This document shows positions 47,641 to 55,773 of a stretch of DNA of 64,000 bases, in pieces (the first letter of the stretch is position 1; every line of letters begins with the position of its first letter). The stretch is taken from positions 93,610 to 157,609 of the forward strand of contig CAVXXJ010000007.1 in the NCBI GenBank assembly GCA_963765705.1. Direction: 5' to 3'. The position numbers and the translations under genes are program-made. A model generated the notes under the pieces. That model did no database searches. It was given only the letters and a program-made list of their open reading frames with translations, and was not told where the DNA came from. The DNA comes from an uncultured Gaiellaceae bacterium. GTDB taxonomy: Bacteria; Actinomycetota; Thermoleophilia; Gaiellales; Gaiellaceae.

Positions 47641-49042
47641 TTAGTCACGCGACGTTCGCGACGAGTTCGCAAGTCGGGCAGTTCCTCGGCATGCCGTCGA
47701 GAAGAAGTCGAAGTCTGCGCGATCGTGCCGAGCCGATAGGCACTCGTCCGCAGTCGCAAGGATGGCTTCGAAAGCCGCCACGACAGTCGTGTCGAATTGG
47801 GATCCGACCGCTTGCGCAAGGCGCATCCGCGCGACTCGACTCGGCATGGCTTCTCGGTAGGGCCGGTCCGATGTCATCGCGTTGTACGCGTCAGCGACGG
47901 CGATGATTCGCGATAGCAGTGGATCTCTTCCTCGTCCTAGGCCGTCGGGATAGCCGTTTCCGTCGACGCGCTCGTGGTGATGCCTCACAACACGGCGATG
48001 CCGCCGTAGTCGTCAACATTTGCAAGGATGCGCTCACCGATCTCCGAGTGCCCTTGCATGACCCTGCGCTCCTCAAGCGTCAGCGGGCCTTCCTTTCTCC
48101 AAGAGCCCGGCGGGAAGTCCGATCTTGCCGATGTCGTGAACGAGCCCGCAGATCGGGCCTTTGCTGATCATGCTCGTCAAGCCCCATGCGTTCTGCAATG
48201 TCTCTCGAGTAGACGCGACTGCGGCCGAGTGGCCAGCCGTATACTGATCCCTGGCGTCAAGTGTTGCCACGAGAGCCGCTGCGAACGACAGGTTGGCGCT
48301 CTCGAGTTGCCGTTTGCAGATGTGAGGCCCTCAGTAAGGTGTCGCTGCTGCTGAAGAAGAGTGTATAGCCGCTGGGCTGCGAGTGCCGGCACGAAGAAGA
48401 GCACGTGCGTCCACGGCGAGAGCTCGTTGTATGCGACGGCGAGCAGAGCGACGACCGGTGCGTATAGGGGCACTGCGGCAGCAGCGACCGGAGCGATCGT
48501 CCGGGCTGTATCCCATCGCCGTGTCGTGCCTCGGAGCTAGACCGTGAGGAGGCGAAGACCGATGTCGAGCAGCTGTGCAGCGACGGCTGCGCCACGGTCG
48601 GCCACAACGAGCGCGAGCGGCTCGATTGTCGATAGTCCGCTTGTACCCAATGGCGACCGCGCCGACCACTGCCGCCGTGATCGCTCGGCTGCGGTGTAGA
48701 TACCCCACCGCAGGTACGGCTGCGTGAAGTCGCCGAGCATCGATGCGGAAGCGACGATGAGCGCGGCAAGTGGGCCGAAGCAGAACCGCGGCAAACAGCA
48801 TCGGAAGCAGCTGAGATCGACTCTTCTATGGTCGAGCTCAGCTGAACGCTGCCGCGTTCGGCGACGCAGCGGCCGCCGCCGCAAGACCGAACACCACGAA
48901 GGAGCTGGCTCACTGTGCTGGCCGCCGCGCGAGGATCAGAGACGCTGCGGTACCCGCCGCGACGACGGCGAGAGTTGCGGCGTAGACCCAGACTCCGCGA
49001 GGCGACGGCTGAAGGCGTGGATCCTATTGACTTGTTAGTCAT
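47641..49042 (-). pseudogene. decayed membrane-anchored HD-GYP domain protein
   Basis: HD-GYP halves lie in different frames: ATLDARDQYTAGHSAAVA..LVHDIGKIGLPAGLLEK (48073-48270), LTLEERRVMQGHSEIGERILA (about 47990-48070), and [34 protein letters not shown] (47641-47988). TM-like fragments lie upstream to about 49040. The 5' limit is approximate. Confidence 0.6.
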
Positions 49043-49077
49043 TTTGAGAGAACCGTGCATATCGCTCTGAAATCTGC

Positions 49078-49105
49078 TTGCTATATCACCCGAAAGGGGT
49101 ATAAG
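49078..49105 (+). promoter_or_regulatory. sigma-70-like promoter candidate TTGCTA-N16-TATAAG
   Basis: Read directly in a 340-bp non-coding, lower-GC gap. Lies about 40 nt upstream of the small ORF at 49146. Confidence 0.3.
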
Positions 49106-49145
49106 CTCGCTCTTGCCGTTAGTTCCTCGAATCAGGAGTTAGAAC

Positions 49146-49298
49146 ATGCGCCAGTCAGTTCTTCGCCTCGTTTCCCGTGCCGCCATCGCCGGTGGCAAGC
49201 CAAAGGTTGGTAAAAGCCGACAAATCCTCCTGTTTCCCTACCTAGGTAGCCATCCCTCGTTTGGGGGGTTCTCCACAGGTTGTGGGAAGGGTGGATAA
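49146..49298 (+). CDS. candidate small ORF (50 aa), speculative
   Basis: ATG preceded by AGGAG at 7 nt and by a TTGCTA-N16-TATAAG promoter-like element. Peptide MRQSVLRLVSRAAIAGGKPKVGKSRQILLFPYLGSHPSFGGFSTGCGKGG. Too short to judge by composition. Confidence 0.25.
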   Translation: MRQSVLRLVSRAAIAGGKPKVGKSRQILLFPYLGSHPSFGGFSTGCGKGG

Positions 49299-49327
49299 AC
49301 CGGCTTCGCCAAAAGCAGCTTCAGGGT

Positions 49328-49356
49328 CCGCGCCGAGGGGTCAGTCCTCGACGCGG
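49328..49356. other. GC-rich stem-loop CCGCG-C-CGAGG / CCTCG-A-CGCGG (7-nt loop)
   Basis: Read directly. Lies 44 nt beyond the stop of the LuxR gene at 49400 (minus strand) and 30 nt beyond the small plus-strand ORF. No adjacent U-tract. Confidence 0.35.
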
Positions 49357-49399
49357 CTCTGCTGCGGTCACCTGCAGCGGAGGGGAAGACCTTTAGGAG

Positions 49400-49756
49400 C
49401 TAAGCGATGATGCCGCGGCGGTAGCCGACGGCGACCGCGTGGGCCCGGCTGCGGGCCTGCAGCTTCGCGAGCAGGTGGCGCACGTGCGACTTGACCGTCT
49501 CCTCCGAAAGGAAGAGACGCTGGCCGATCTCGCGGTTCACGAGGCCGTCAGCGACGAGCTGCAGCACCTCGATCTCACGCAGCGTCGGCTCCTGCTCGAG
49601 CTCGCGCATCGGCGCGGCGAACGGGATCACCTCCGCGTTCCCGTTCGGAGACCGCCTGGCAGCTGCCGCTTCGAAGCGACGACTGTGGTCCATGTAACGG
49701 GTCAGGATCTCTTTGCGCTCTGCGGCGTCCACGGCCCCGGTATCGGCCTCAAGCAC
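49400..49756 (-). CDS. small LuxR/GerE-family HTH regulator
   Basis: LTLREIEVLQLVADGLVNREIGQRLFLSEETVKSHVRHLLAKLQARSR. GTG 49756 lies 8 nt after the NlpC/P60 stop, and that gap contains AGGAGG. The ATG at M22 is an alternative start. Confidence 0.7.
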   Translation of the reverse strand: MLEADTGAVDAAERKEILTRYMDHSRRFEAAAARRSPNGNAEVIPFAAPMRELEQEPTLREIEVLQLVADGLVNREIGQRLFLSEETVKSHVRHLLAKLQARSRAHAVAVGYRRGIIA

Positions 49757-49764
49757 CCCCTCCT

Positions 49765-50358
49765 TTAGCTCGAATGAGGTACTTCGACCGAGGGACGGAG
49801 ACGGACGAAACCCCGGCGAATCTCCCGCAGCGCCTCCGGCTCCTCCTCTTCGACCACGAAACGGCTTCCCGCTGCGTGCAAGATGCGCCCCTCGCCGAGC
49901 CAGAAGGCGATGTGCGTCGTCGCCTCGCGGCCGTAGACGGCGAGGTCGCCGTAGCTCGGCTCGGCAACCGCGTCGGCCGCGTCCTCCTGCTGGTCGGCGT
50001 CCCGCGGGACGATCCGGCCGAGCCGGCGCCACGCCATGTGGACGAGCCCCGAGCAGTCGATCCCGCGCTCGGTCATGCCGCCCCACTCGTACGGCGTGCC
50101 GAGATAGGCGCGCGCCTCGTCGACCGGGTCGCCGTCCCGGACCGGCGGCAGCCACTCGCCGGCCGGCTCCTTCGTGAGCGCGGCGGCGGCCACCCAGCCC
50201 GGATAGCCGTACGCCGTCGTCACGCTCGCCCAGCCGTCGCGCCGCTCGGCCACCGCCAGCGGCTCGCCGCGCAGCGCCTGCGTCACCTGCTCGGAGGACG
50301 AATCCGGCTCGGCGTGGAGCGGCGCCACGTCGACGGCACAGAAGCAGCGCTCACCCAC
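49765..50358 (-). CDS. C40-family (NlpC/P60) peptidoglycan peptidase with an N-terminal SH3b-like domain
   Basis: YLGTPYEWGGMTERGIDCSGLVHMAW..GDLAVY..THIAFWLGEGRILHA: catalytic Cys and His motifs. Confidence 0.85.
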   Translation of the reverse strand: MGERCFCAVDVAPLHAEPDSSSEQVTQALRGEPLAVAERRDGWASVTTAYGYPGWVAAAALTKEPAGEWLPPVRDGDPVDEARAYLGTPYEWGGMTERGIDCSGLVHMAWRRLGRIVPRDADQQEDAADAVAEPSYGDLAVYGREATTHIAFWLGEGRILHAAGSRFVVEEEEPEALREIRRGFVRLRPSVEVPHSS

Positions 50359-50674
50359 GTCGCGAGCCTACGAGACGGCGGAGCCGTTCGAGCCGCTCAT
50401 CCCACTCGCCGCCGACGCGCACGATCCAGGCAGCGGCGGCATCCAGCGGCTCGGTGTTGACCCGGTACAGCGTCTCGCGGCCCTGCTTGCGCGAATCGAC
50501 GAGCCCTGCCTCCCGCAGGGCGGTCAGGTGCTTCGACACCGCCTGCCGCGTCACCGGCAGCTCCGACGCCAGTTGCGTGGCCGACGCCTCCTGACGGGAA
50601 AGCGACTCGACGATGTGGCGCCTGGTCGGGTCGCCCAAAGCAGCAAAGATTCGTGCGTCGAAGACGTCGCTCAA
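50351..50674 (-). CDS. ArsR/SmtB-family HTH transcriptional regulator
   Basis: IFAALGDPTRRHIVESLSRQEASATQLASELPVTRQAVSKHLTALREAGLV. The TTG overlaps the upstream TGA. Confidence 0.85.
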   Translation of the reverse strand: MSDVFDARIFAALGDPTRRHIVESLSRQEASATQLASELPVTRQAVSKHLTALREAGLVDSRKQGRETLYRVNTEPLDAAAAWIVRVGGEWDERLERLRRLVGSRRG

Positions 50675-50982
50675 GCGTAGGCGTGGGTGAGCGCGCGGAG
50701 TGCGAAGACGGCGTTCCAGCCGGGCTCGCCGGTTTCGGTGACGACGACGCGCGTCCCCGTCTCGACCTCTTCCAGCTCGATCGCGACGTGACCCTCGTCC
50801 CACGTGTAGGCGACCCGCCTGCGCGTCTCGACCTCCTCGACCACGAGCTCGCGTTCCTCGCCGTCCTCGGAGAACCACTCCTCGAGCTGCTCGGGGTCGG
50901 TGAGGGCCTCCCACACCTCCTCGACCGGCGCCTCCAGCACGACCTCTCGGGTTACCTCCACGACAGCCTCCTTCACGTGCAA
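50671..50982 (-). CDS. SRPBCC/AHSA1-like (activator of Hsp90 ATPase homologue fold) protein
   Basis: 103 aa. [28 protein letters not shown] is typical of the family. This is a common partner of ArsR regulators. Confidence 0.75.
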   Translation of the reverse strand: MHVKEAVVEVTREVVLEAPVEEVWEALTDPEQLEEWFSEDGEERELVVEEVETRRRVAYTWDEGHVAIELEEVETGTRVVVTETGEPGWNAVFALRALTHAYA

Positions 50983-50994
50983 CCCTTAGGTTGC
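50979..50994. promoter_or_regulatory. perfect palindrome GCAACC-CTTA-GGTTGC (candidate operator)
   Basis: Read directly. Overlaps the start codon region of the SRPBCC gene and the spacer of the putative clpP promoter. Confidence 0.5.
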
Positions 50995-50995
50995 G

Positions 50996-51001
50996 TATAG
51001 T
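50996..51001 (+). promoter_or_regulatory. candidate clpP -10 element TATAGT (with weak -35 TTCACG at 50972-50977)
   Basis: Near-consensus hexamer about 40 nt upstream of the clpP GTG, with an 18-nt spacer to the TTCACG. Confidence 0.4.
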
Positions 51002-51002
51002 A

Positions 51003-51022
51003 GTGCAACCGACAAGTTGCAC
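51003..51022. promoter_or_regulatory. perfect palindrome GTGCAAC-CGACAA-GTTGCAC (candidate operator)
   Basis: Read directly. Shares the TGCAAC/GTTGC half-site with the palindrome 9 bp upstream. Lies between the putative -10 and the clpP RBS. Confidence 0.5.
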
Positions 51023-51041
51023 ATTAACGGAAGGAGCCGAC

Positions 51042-51638
51042 GTGAGCCCGCTGATCCCGATGGTCGTCGAGTCCGACGGGCGCATGGAGCGTTCGTTCGA
51101 CATCTACTCCCGCCTGCTGCGCGAGCGCATCGTCTTCCTCGGCCGCGAGGTCGACGACGAGATCGCGAACGTGATCGTGGCGCAGATGCTCTTCCTCGAG
51201 GCCGAGGACCCGGACAAGGACATCTGCCTCTACGTCAACTCACCCGGCGGCTCGGCCTACGCGGGCATGGCGATCTACGACGCGATCCAGTACGTCAAGC
51301 CCGACGTGAGCACGATCTGCGTCGGGATGGGGATGTCCGCGGCTGCGATGGTGCTCGCCGGCGGGGCGGCCGGCAAGCGAATGGCGCTCCCGAACGCGAA
51401 GATGATGATCCACCAGGGCTCGGCCGGCTTTCGCGGCACGCCCACCGACATCGAGATCCATGCGCAGGAGGTGCTCTCGATGACGCGGCGGATGGCCGAG
51501 ATCCTCGCGAAGCACACCGGCCAGCCGGTCGATCAGGTCATGCTCGACATCGACCGCGACCGCTTCATGACACCGGAGGAGGCGCTGGGCTACGGGCTGA
51601 TCGACAAGCTGGTCGAGCCGCGCGCGGTCGCCGCCTAG
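51042..51638 (+). CDS. clpP: ATP-dependent Clp protease proteolytic subunit
   Basis: [54 protein letters not shown] preceded by AAGGAG at 5 nt. Confidence 0.92.
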   Translation: MSPLIPMVVESDGRMERSFDIYSRLLRERIVFLGREVDDEIANVIVAQMLFLEAEDPDKDICLYVNSPGGSAYAGMAIYDAIQYVKPDVSTICVGMGMSAAAMVLAGGAAGKRMALPNAKMMIHQGSAGFRGTPTDIEIHAQEVLSMTRRMAEILAKHTGQPVDQVMLDIDRDRFMTPEEALGYGLIDKLVEPRAVAA

Positions 51639-51650
51639 GCGTCCGTCACG

Positions 51651-51911
51651 TCAGGCGTGGGGAGTGAGGTCCGCCTGTGCGCTCGAATCGAGGCCGTGAC
51701 GATCGCGCGCGTCCTTGCCGTAGAGCAGCGTCCTGCCGATCCCGACGATCCCGACCGACGCGACGGCTCCGCCCAGCGCAGCCGCGAGTCCGCCAAGGAT
51801 CGTGCCGACCTCTGCGCTCATGTCGACCCCGTAGTGGCCGGCGAGCCAAACGAGCACGACACCGAAGCCGACCGAGCCACTGCCAGCGACTGTCTTCTCG
51901 CCGTCACTCAC
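51651..51911 (-). CDS. hypothetical small membrane protein
   Basis: 86 aa with two predicted TM helices rich in Gly, Ala and Val. Confidence 0.45.
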   Translation of the reverse strand: MSDGEKTVAGSGSVGFGVVLVWLAGHYGVDMSAEVGTILGGLAAALGGAVASVGIVGIGRTLLYGKDARDRHGLDSSAQADLTPHA

Positions 51912-51960
51912 AGCTACTTCCTATCACGATCGCCGCTGTAGGAAAAGTGGGCGTCCGCGT

Positions 51961-52398
51961 TCATTCGGGCCCGCCGTGCTCGACCGCATCGCCGACGCGG
52001 TGGAACTCGTGCTTGCCGTGGACGATCGTCGCGACCTTCCCGGTGTCCGGGTACTCGGCGACGTCCGGATCGGCGTGGGCGGCGACGATCAGCACGCGGG
52101 CGGTCGTCTCGCCGTCGTTCCGGATCTGGTGGCCGCCCTCGGGACCCGCGGGGAACGGCACCACGTCGCCTTCGCCCAGCTGGCGGTCGCCGTCGTGCAT
52201 GCGGACGGTCGGCTGCCCCCGCAGCACGATCAGCAGCTCCTCCGAGCCGTGGTGGAAGTGGTAGACGAACTGCGTCGAGCCGGGCTGGAGCTCCCAGATC
52301 GATGCTCCGAGCCTGTTCGAGGCCGAGCGGATGACGGGTCTCGCGCCGACGCCGCCCCAGTCGGGAATGTCGTCCCACACGTTCGTCGCGTCGCTCAC
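51961..52398 (-). CDS. cupin domain protein
   Basis: FVYHFHHGSEELLIVLRGQPTVRMHDGDRQLGEGDVVPFPAGPEGGHQIRN: two-motif cupin signature. Confidence 0.75.
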   Translation of the reverse strand: MSDATNVWDDIPDWGGVGARPVIRSASNRLGASIWELQPGSTQFVYHFHHGSEELLIVLRGQPTVRMHDGDRQLGEGDVVPFPAGPEGGHQIRNDGETTARVLIVAAHADPDVAEYPDTGKVATIVHGKHEFHRVGDAVEHGGPE

Positions 52399-52405
52399 GG
52401 CAGCA

Positions 52406-52789
52406 TCATGGAACGTGACCGGCCACGGTGTCGACGAATCGCTCGGTCTCGCCGGTTCGTGCCGCGTCGAGCGGCGGGTCGCAGACGTGATCCGGAGCCA
52501 GCAACCCGCGCTCGCCGAGCAGGCTGACGGCGCTGTGGCGAACTTGCTGGCGGTCGACGTCGTCCGCCAGCTCGACCGCGACGACGTCGAGATCCTCGTT
52601 CGCGAGCTCCGGGTAGCGGGCTGCCATGCGGCCGATCTGGGGATCGTCGTGGTGCAGGTGCAGCCACGTTCGCGTCGCTGGGTGCAGCGCAGTCGCGCCG
52701 ACGTAGACGACGCCGGCCGGGCCGATCCAGGCGTAGACCCACTGGCCGTCGCTCTCGAGCTCGCCGTTCCGAACCTGCAGCCGCAGCAT
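52406..52789 (-). CDS. hypothetical protein
   Basis: 127-aa ORF. Its ATG overlaps the stop of the upstream ABC ATPase (TGATG). WVYAWIGPAGVVYVGAT is faintly GIY-YIG-like, not enough to call. Confidence 0.5.
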   Translation of the reverse strand: MLRLQVRNGELESDGQWVYAWIGPAGVVYVGATALHPATRTWLHLHHDDPQIGRMAARYPELANEDLDVVAVELADDVDRQQVRHSAVSLLGERGLLAPDHVCDPPLDAARTGETERFVDTVAGHVP

Positions 52790-53856
52790 CAGACCTCCCA
52801 GGCGGCCTCCTGCCGGCCGGGCTCGAAGATCACTTCGCGCTTGCGCGGCTGGATCTCCCCCGCCTTGATGTTCTCGGCGAAGTGGCACTTGACGAGGTGG
52901 CCCTCGAGCGGGCGCAGCTGCGGCTCCTCGTCGCGGCAGAGCGTCTCCTGCACGTAGGGGCACCGCGTGTGGAAGCGGCACGCGTGCGGCGGGTTCGCCG
53001 GGCTCGGCAGGTCGCCCTGGAGCAGGATCGACGTGCGGTTGCGCTCGACCTCGGGATCGGGAATCGGGATCGCCGAGAGCAGCGAGATCGTGTACGGATG
53101 GAGCGGGTTGTCGTAGAGGTCGTCGGCGGGGGAGAGCTCCATGATCTGGCCGAGGTACATGACCGCGATCCGGTCGGAGATGTGCCGGACGACGGCGAGG
53201 TCGTGGGCGATGAACAGGTAGGTGAGCTCGAAGTCGCGCTGGAGCTCTTCCATCAGGTTGACGATCTGCGCCTGGATCGAGACGTCGAGCGCCGACACCG
53301 GCTCGTCGCAGACGAGGAAGTCGGGGTTGAGCGCGAGTGCGCGCGCGAGGCCGATCCGCTGCCGCTGGCCGCCGGAGAACTCGTGCGGGTAGCGCGAAGC
53401 CGCGTCGGCCGGCAAGCCGACCGTCTGCAGCAGCTCGCGCACCTTGTTGCCAAGCCCCTTGCCGCCCCGACCGTGCACGCGCAGCGGCTCGCCGACCATC
53501 CGGCCGACCGAGTGGCGCGGGTTCAGCGAGGCGTACGGGTCCTGGAAGATCATCTGCATCCGCCTCCGCAGCGGCCGCAGGTCGCTCTCGCCCATGTGCG
53601 TGATGTCCGTGCCGTCGAAGCGGATCGTGCCGCCCGTAGGCTCGTACAGGCGCAGCAGCGCCCGGCCGACGGTCGACTTGCCGCAGCCCGACTCGCCGAC
53701 GAGGCCGAGCGTCTCGCCGCGCTCGATCGTCAGCGAGACGCCGTCGACAGCCTTCACGTCGCCGACGTGCCGGTCCATGACGACCCCGCTCCGGATCGGG
53801 AACCAGACCTTGAGCTCCTCCATCTCGACGAGCGGACCCGCCCCGTTGGTCGTCAC
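52789..53856 (-). CDS. peptide ABC transporter ATP-binding protein (OppF/DppF type)
   Basis: GESGCGKST Walker [27 protein letters not shown], and a C-terminal oligopeptide-type extension ([12 protein letters not shown]). Confidence 0.9.
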   Translation of the reverse strand: MTTNGAGPLVEMEELKVWFPIRSGVVMDRHVGDVKAVDGVSLTIERGETLGLVGESGCGKSTVGRALLRLYEPTGGTIRFDGTDITHMGESDLRPLRRRMQMIFQDPYASLNPRHSVGRMVGEPLRVHGRGGKGLGNKVRELLQTVGLPADAASRYPHEFSGGQRQRIGLARALALNPDFLVCDEPVSALDVSIQAQIVNLMEELQRDFELTYLFIAHDLAVVRHISDRIAVMYLGQIMELSPADDLYDNPLHPYTISLLSAIPIPDPEVERNRTSILLQGDLPSPANPPHACRFHTRCPYVQETLCRDEEPQLRPLEGHLVKCHFAENIKAGEIQPRKREVIFEPGRQEAAWEV

Positions 53857-54866
53857 GCAGCGCCGCCCAGCCGCGTCCGCTGCCACTCGTCCGCCGGCAC
53901 GGGGTTGAAGCAGCGGACGTGGTGGCCGGGCTCGATCGGCTCGAGCGGCGGCACCTGCTGGCGCGACTGCTCGACCTCGTAGCGGCAGCGCGGCGCGAAC
54001 GGGCACTCCGCAGGGGCACTGAGCATGTTCCGCGGCGCTCCCGGGATCGGCTGCAGCTTCTGCCGCCTGCCCGCGTCGAGCCGCGGCACGCTCTGCAGCA
54101 GGCCGAGCGTGTACGGGTGACGAGGCTGCGCGAAGAGGCGGTCGGCGGTGCCGGTCTCGACGAACATGCCGGCGTACATCACGTTCACGCGCTCGCACAT
54201 GCCGGCGACCACGCCGAGGTCGTGCGTGATCATGATCAACGCCGTGTCGCGCTCGGAGACGAGCGCCTTCAGCACCTCGAGGATCTGCGCCTGGATCGTC
54301 ACGTCGAGCGCGGTCGTCGGCTCGTCGGCGATCAGCAGCTTCGGCTCGCACGCGAGCGCCATCGCGATCATCGCCCGCTGCCGCATCCCGCCCGAGAACT
54401 GGTGCGGATAGTCCTTCAGGCGCTGCTTCGCGCTCGGGATCCCGACCTGGTCGAGCAGCTCGGTCGCGCGCGCGTCGGCCTGCTGCCGGTCCATGCCGAA
54501 GTGCACCTCGAGCGCCTCGCGAATCTGCCGGCCGATCGTCAGCACCGGGTTGAGCGAGGTCATCGGGTCCTGGAAGATCATCGCGATCTCGCGGCCGCGG
54601 ATCGAGCGCAGCTGCTCGTCGTTCAGCGAGAGCAGGTCGCGCCCGCCGAACATCGCGGTGCCGTTCGTGACCCGGCCGTTGCGCGCGAGGATCCCGAGCA
54701 GGGCGAGCGAGGTGACGCTCTTGCCGCAGCCCGACTCGCCGACGATCCCGAGCGTCTCGCCGGGCGCGATGTCGAACGAGATCCCGTTGACCGCGTAGAC
54801 GAGCCCGCGCTCGGTGCCGAAGCGAACGTGCAGGTCGTCGACCGTGAGGAGAGGCTCTCTAGCCAC
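53853..54866 (-). CDS. peptide ABC transporter ATP-binding protein (OppD/DppD type)
   Basis: [37 protein letters not shown], and [18 protein letters not shown] 54866 overlaps the permease stop. Confidence 0.9.
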   Translation of the reverse strand: MAREPLLTVDDLHVRFGTERGLVYAVNGISFDIAPGETLGIVGESGCGKSVTSLALLGILARNGRVTNGTAMFGGRDLLSLNDEQLRSIRGREIAMIFQDPMTSLNPVLTIGRQIREALEVHFGMDRQQADARATELLDQVGIPSAKQRLKDYPHQFSGGMRQRAMIAMALACEPKLLIADEPTTALDVTIQAQILEVLKALVSERDTALIMITHDLGVVAGMCERVNVMYAGMFVETGTADRLFAQPRHPYTLGLLQSVPRLDAGRRQKLQPIPGAPRNMLSAPAECPFAPRCRYEVEQSRQQVPPLEPIEPGHHVRCFNPVPADEWQRTRLGGAA

Positions 54867-55773
54867 GGCCTCGCAGCTTCGGGTCGAGCGCCTCGCGCAG
54901 CCCGTCACCGATCAGGTTGAAGCCGAGCACGGAGATGATGATCGCGACGCCGGGGATGATCGCCAGGTGCGGCGCCGTCTGGAGGTAGCGGGTCGTGTCG
55001 GTCAGCATCGTCCCCCACTCCGGCGTCGAGGGGTCCTGTGGACCGAGCCCGAGGAAGCCGAGGCCGGCGACGTCGATGATCGCCGTCGCCAGCGCCAGCG
55101 TTCCCTGCACGATCACCGGCGAGATCGCGTTCGGGAGGATGTGGGAGGCGAGGATCGAGCGATTCGGGACTCCGATCGAGCGCGCCGCGAGCACGAAGTC
55201 GTTGTCGCGCTGGGCGAGGATCGAGCCGCGCATCAGCCGCGCGAAGATCGGCACCTGCGTCGCGCCGACCGCGATCATGATCTGGAAGAGACCGGGGCCG
55301 AGCATCGCGACGATCCCGATCGCGAGCAGCAGGCCGGGAATCGCGAGCATGATGTCGGTCAGGCGCATGATCACGCTGTCGACGATCCCGCTGACGTAGC
55401 CCGCGATCGAGCCGAGCACCAACCCGATCGACAGGCCGACCGCGACCGAGACGACGCCGATCAGAAGCGAGAAGCGCGCGCCGTAGATGATTCGCGAAAG
55501 CTCGTCGCGCCCCTGCTGGTCGACCCCGAACCAATGGTCGGCCGACGGCCCTGGGCAGCAGCTCCCGCCGAGCCGCGACAGATTGCCGGCGCGCGGATCC
55601 TCGGGTGCGAGGAACGGAGCGAAGATGGCGCAGAGGACGAAGAGCCCGACGAGCGTGAAGCCGACCAGCGCTCCCGGGTTGCGGCGCAGGCGCGACCACG
55701 CGTCGCGCCAGAGACCGGTGCCGCCGCCCGACTCGAGCTGGACTTCCCTGGCCTCGAGCTCCGCGATGCTCAC
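54859..55773 (-). CDS. peptide ABC transporter permease (OppC/DppC type)
   Basis: 304 aa, 6 TM. HWFGVDQQGRDELSRIIYGARFSL and an EAA-like loop. Confidence 0.9.
   Translation of the reverse strand: MSIAELEAREVQLESGGGTGLWRDAWSRLRRNPGALVGFTLVGLFVLCAIFAPFLAPEDPRAGNLSRLGGSCCPGPSADHWFGVDQQGRDELSRIIYGARFSLLIGVVSVAVGLSIGLVLGSIAGYVSGIVDSVIMRLTDIMLAIPGLLLAIGIVAMLGPGLFQIMIAVGATQVPIFARLMRGSILAQRDNDFVLAARSIGVPNRSILASHILPNAISPVIVQGTLALATAIIDVAGLGFLGLGPQDPSTPEWGTMLTDTTRYLQTAPHLAIIPGVAIIISVLGFNLIGDGLREALDPKLRGRG

Noticed and set aside
45000-49400. Calling the lower-GC stretch a mobile genetic element or genomic island.
   Set aside because: I could find no integrase, transposase, recombinase, tRNA target, or terminal direct or inverted repeats. 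Only compositional deviation and pseudogenes are present, so a mobile-element call is not supported.
50351-50420. A c-di-AMP (ydaO-type) riboswitch upstream of the NlpC/P60 gene, a common association in Actinomycetota.
   Set aside because: The peptidase start overlaps the stop of the ArsR gene by 8 nt, so there is no leader region that could hold a riboswitch.
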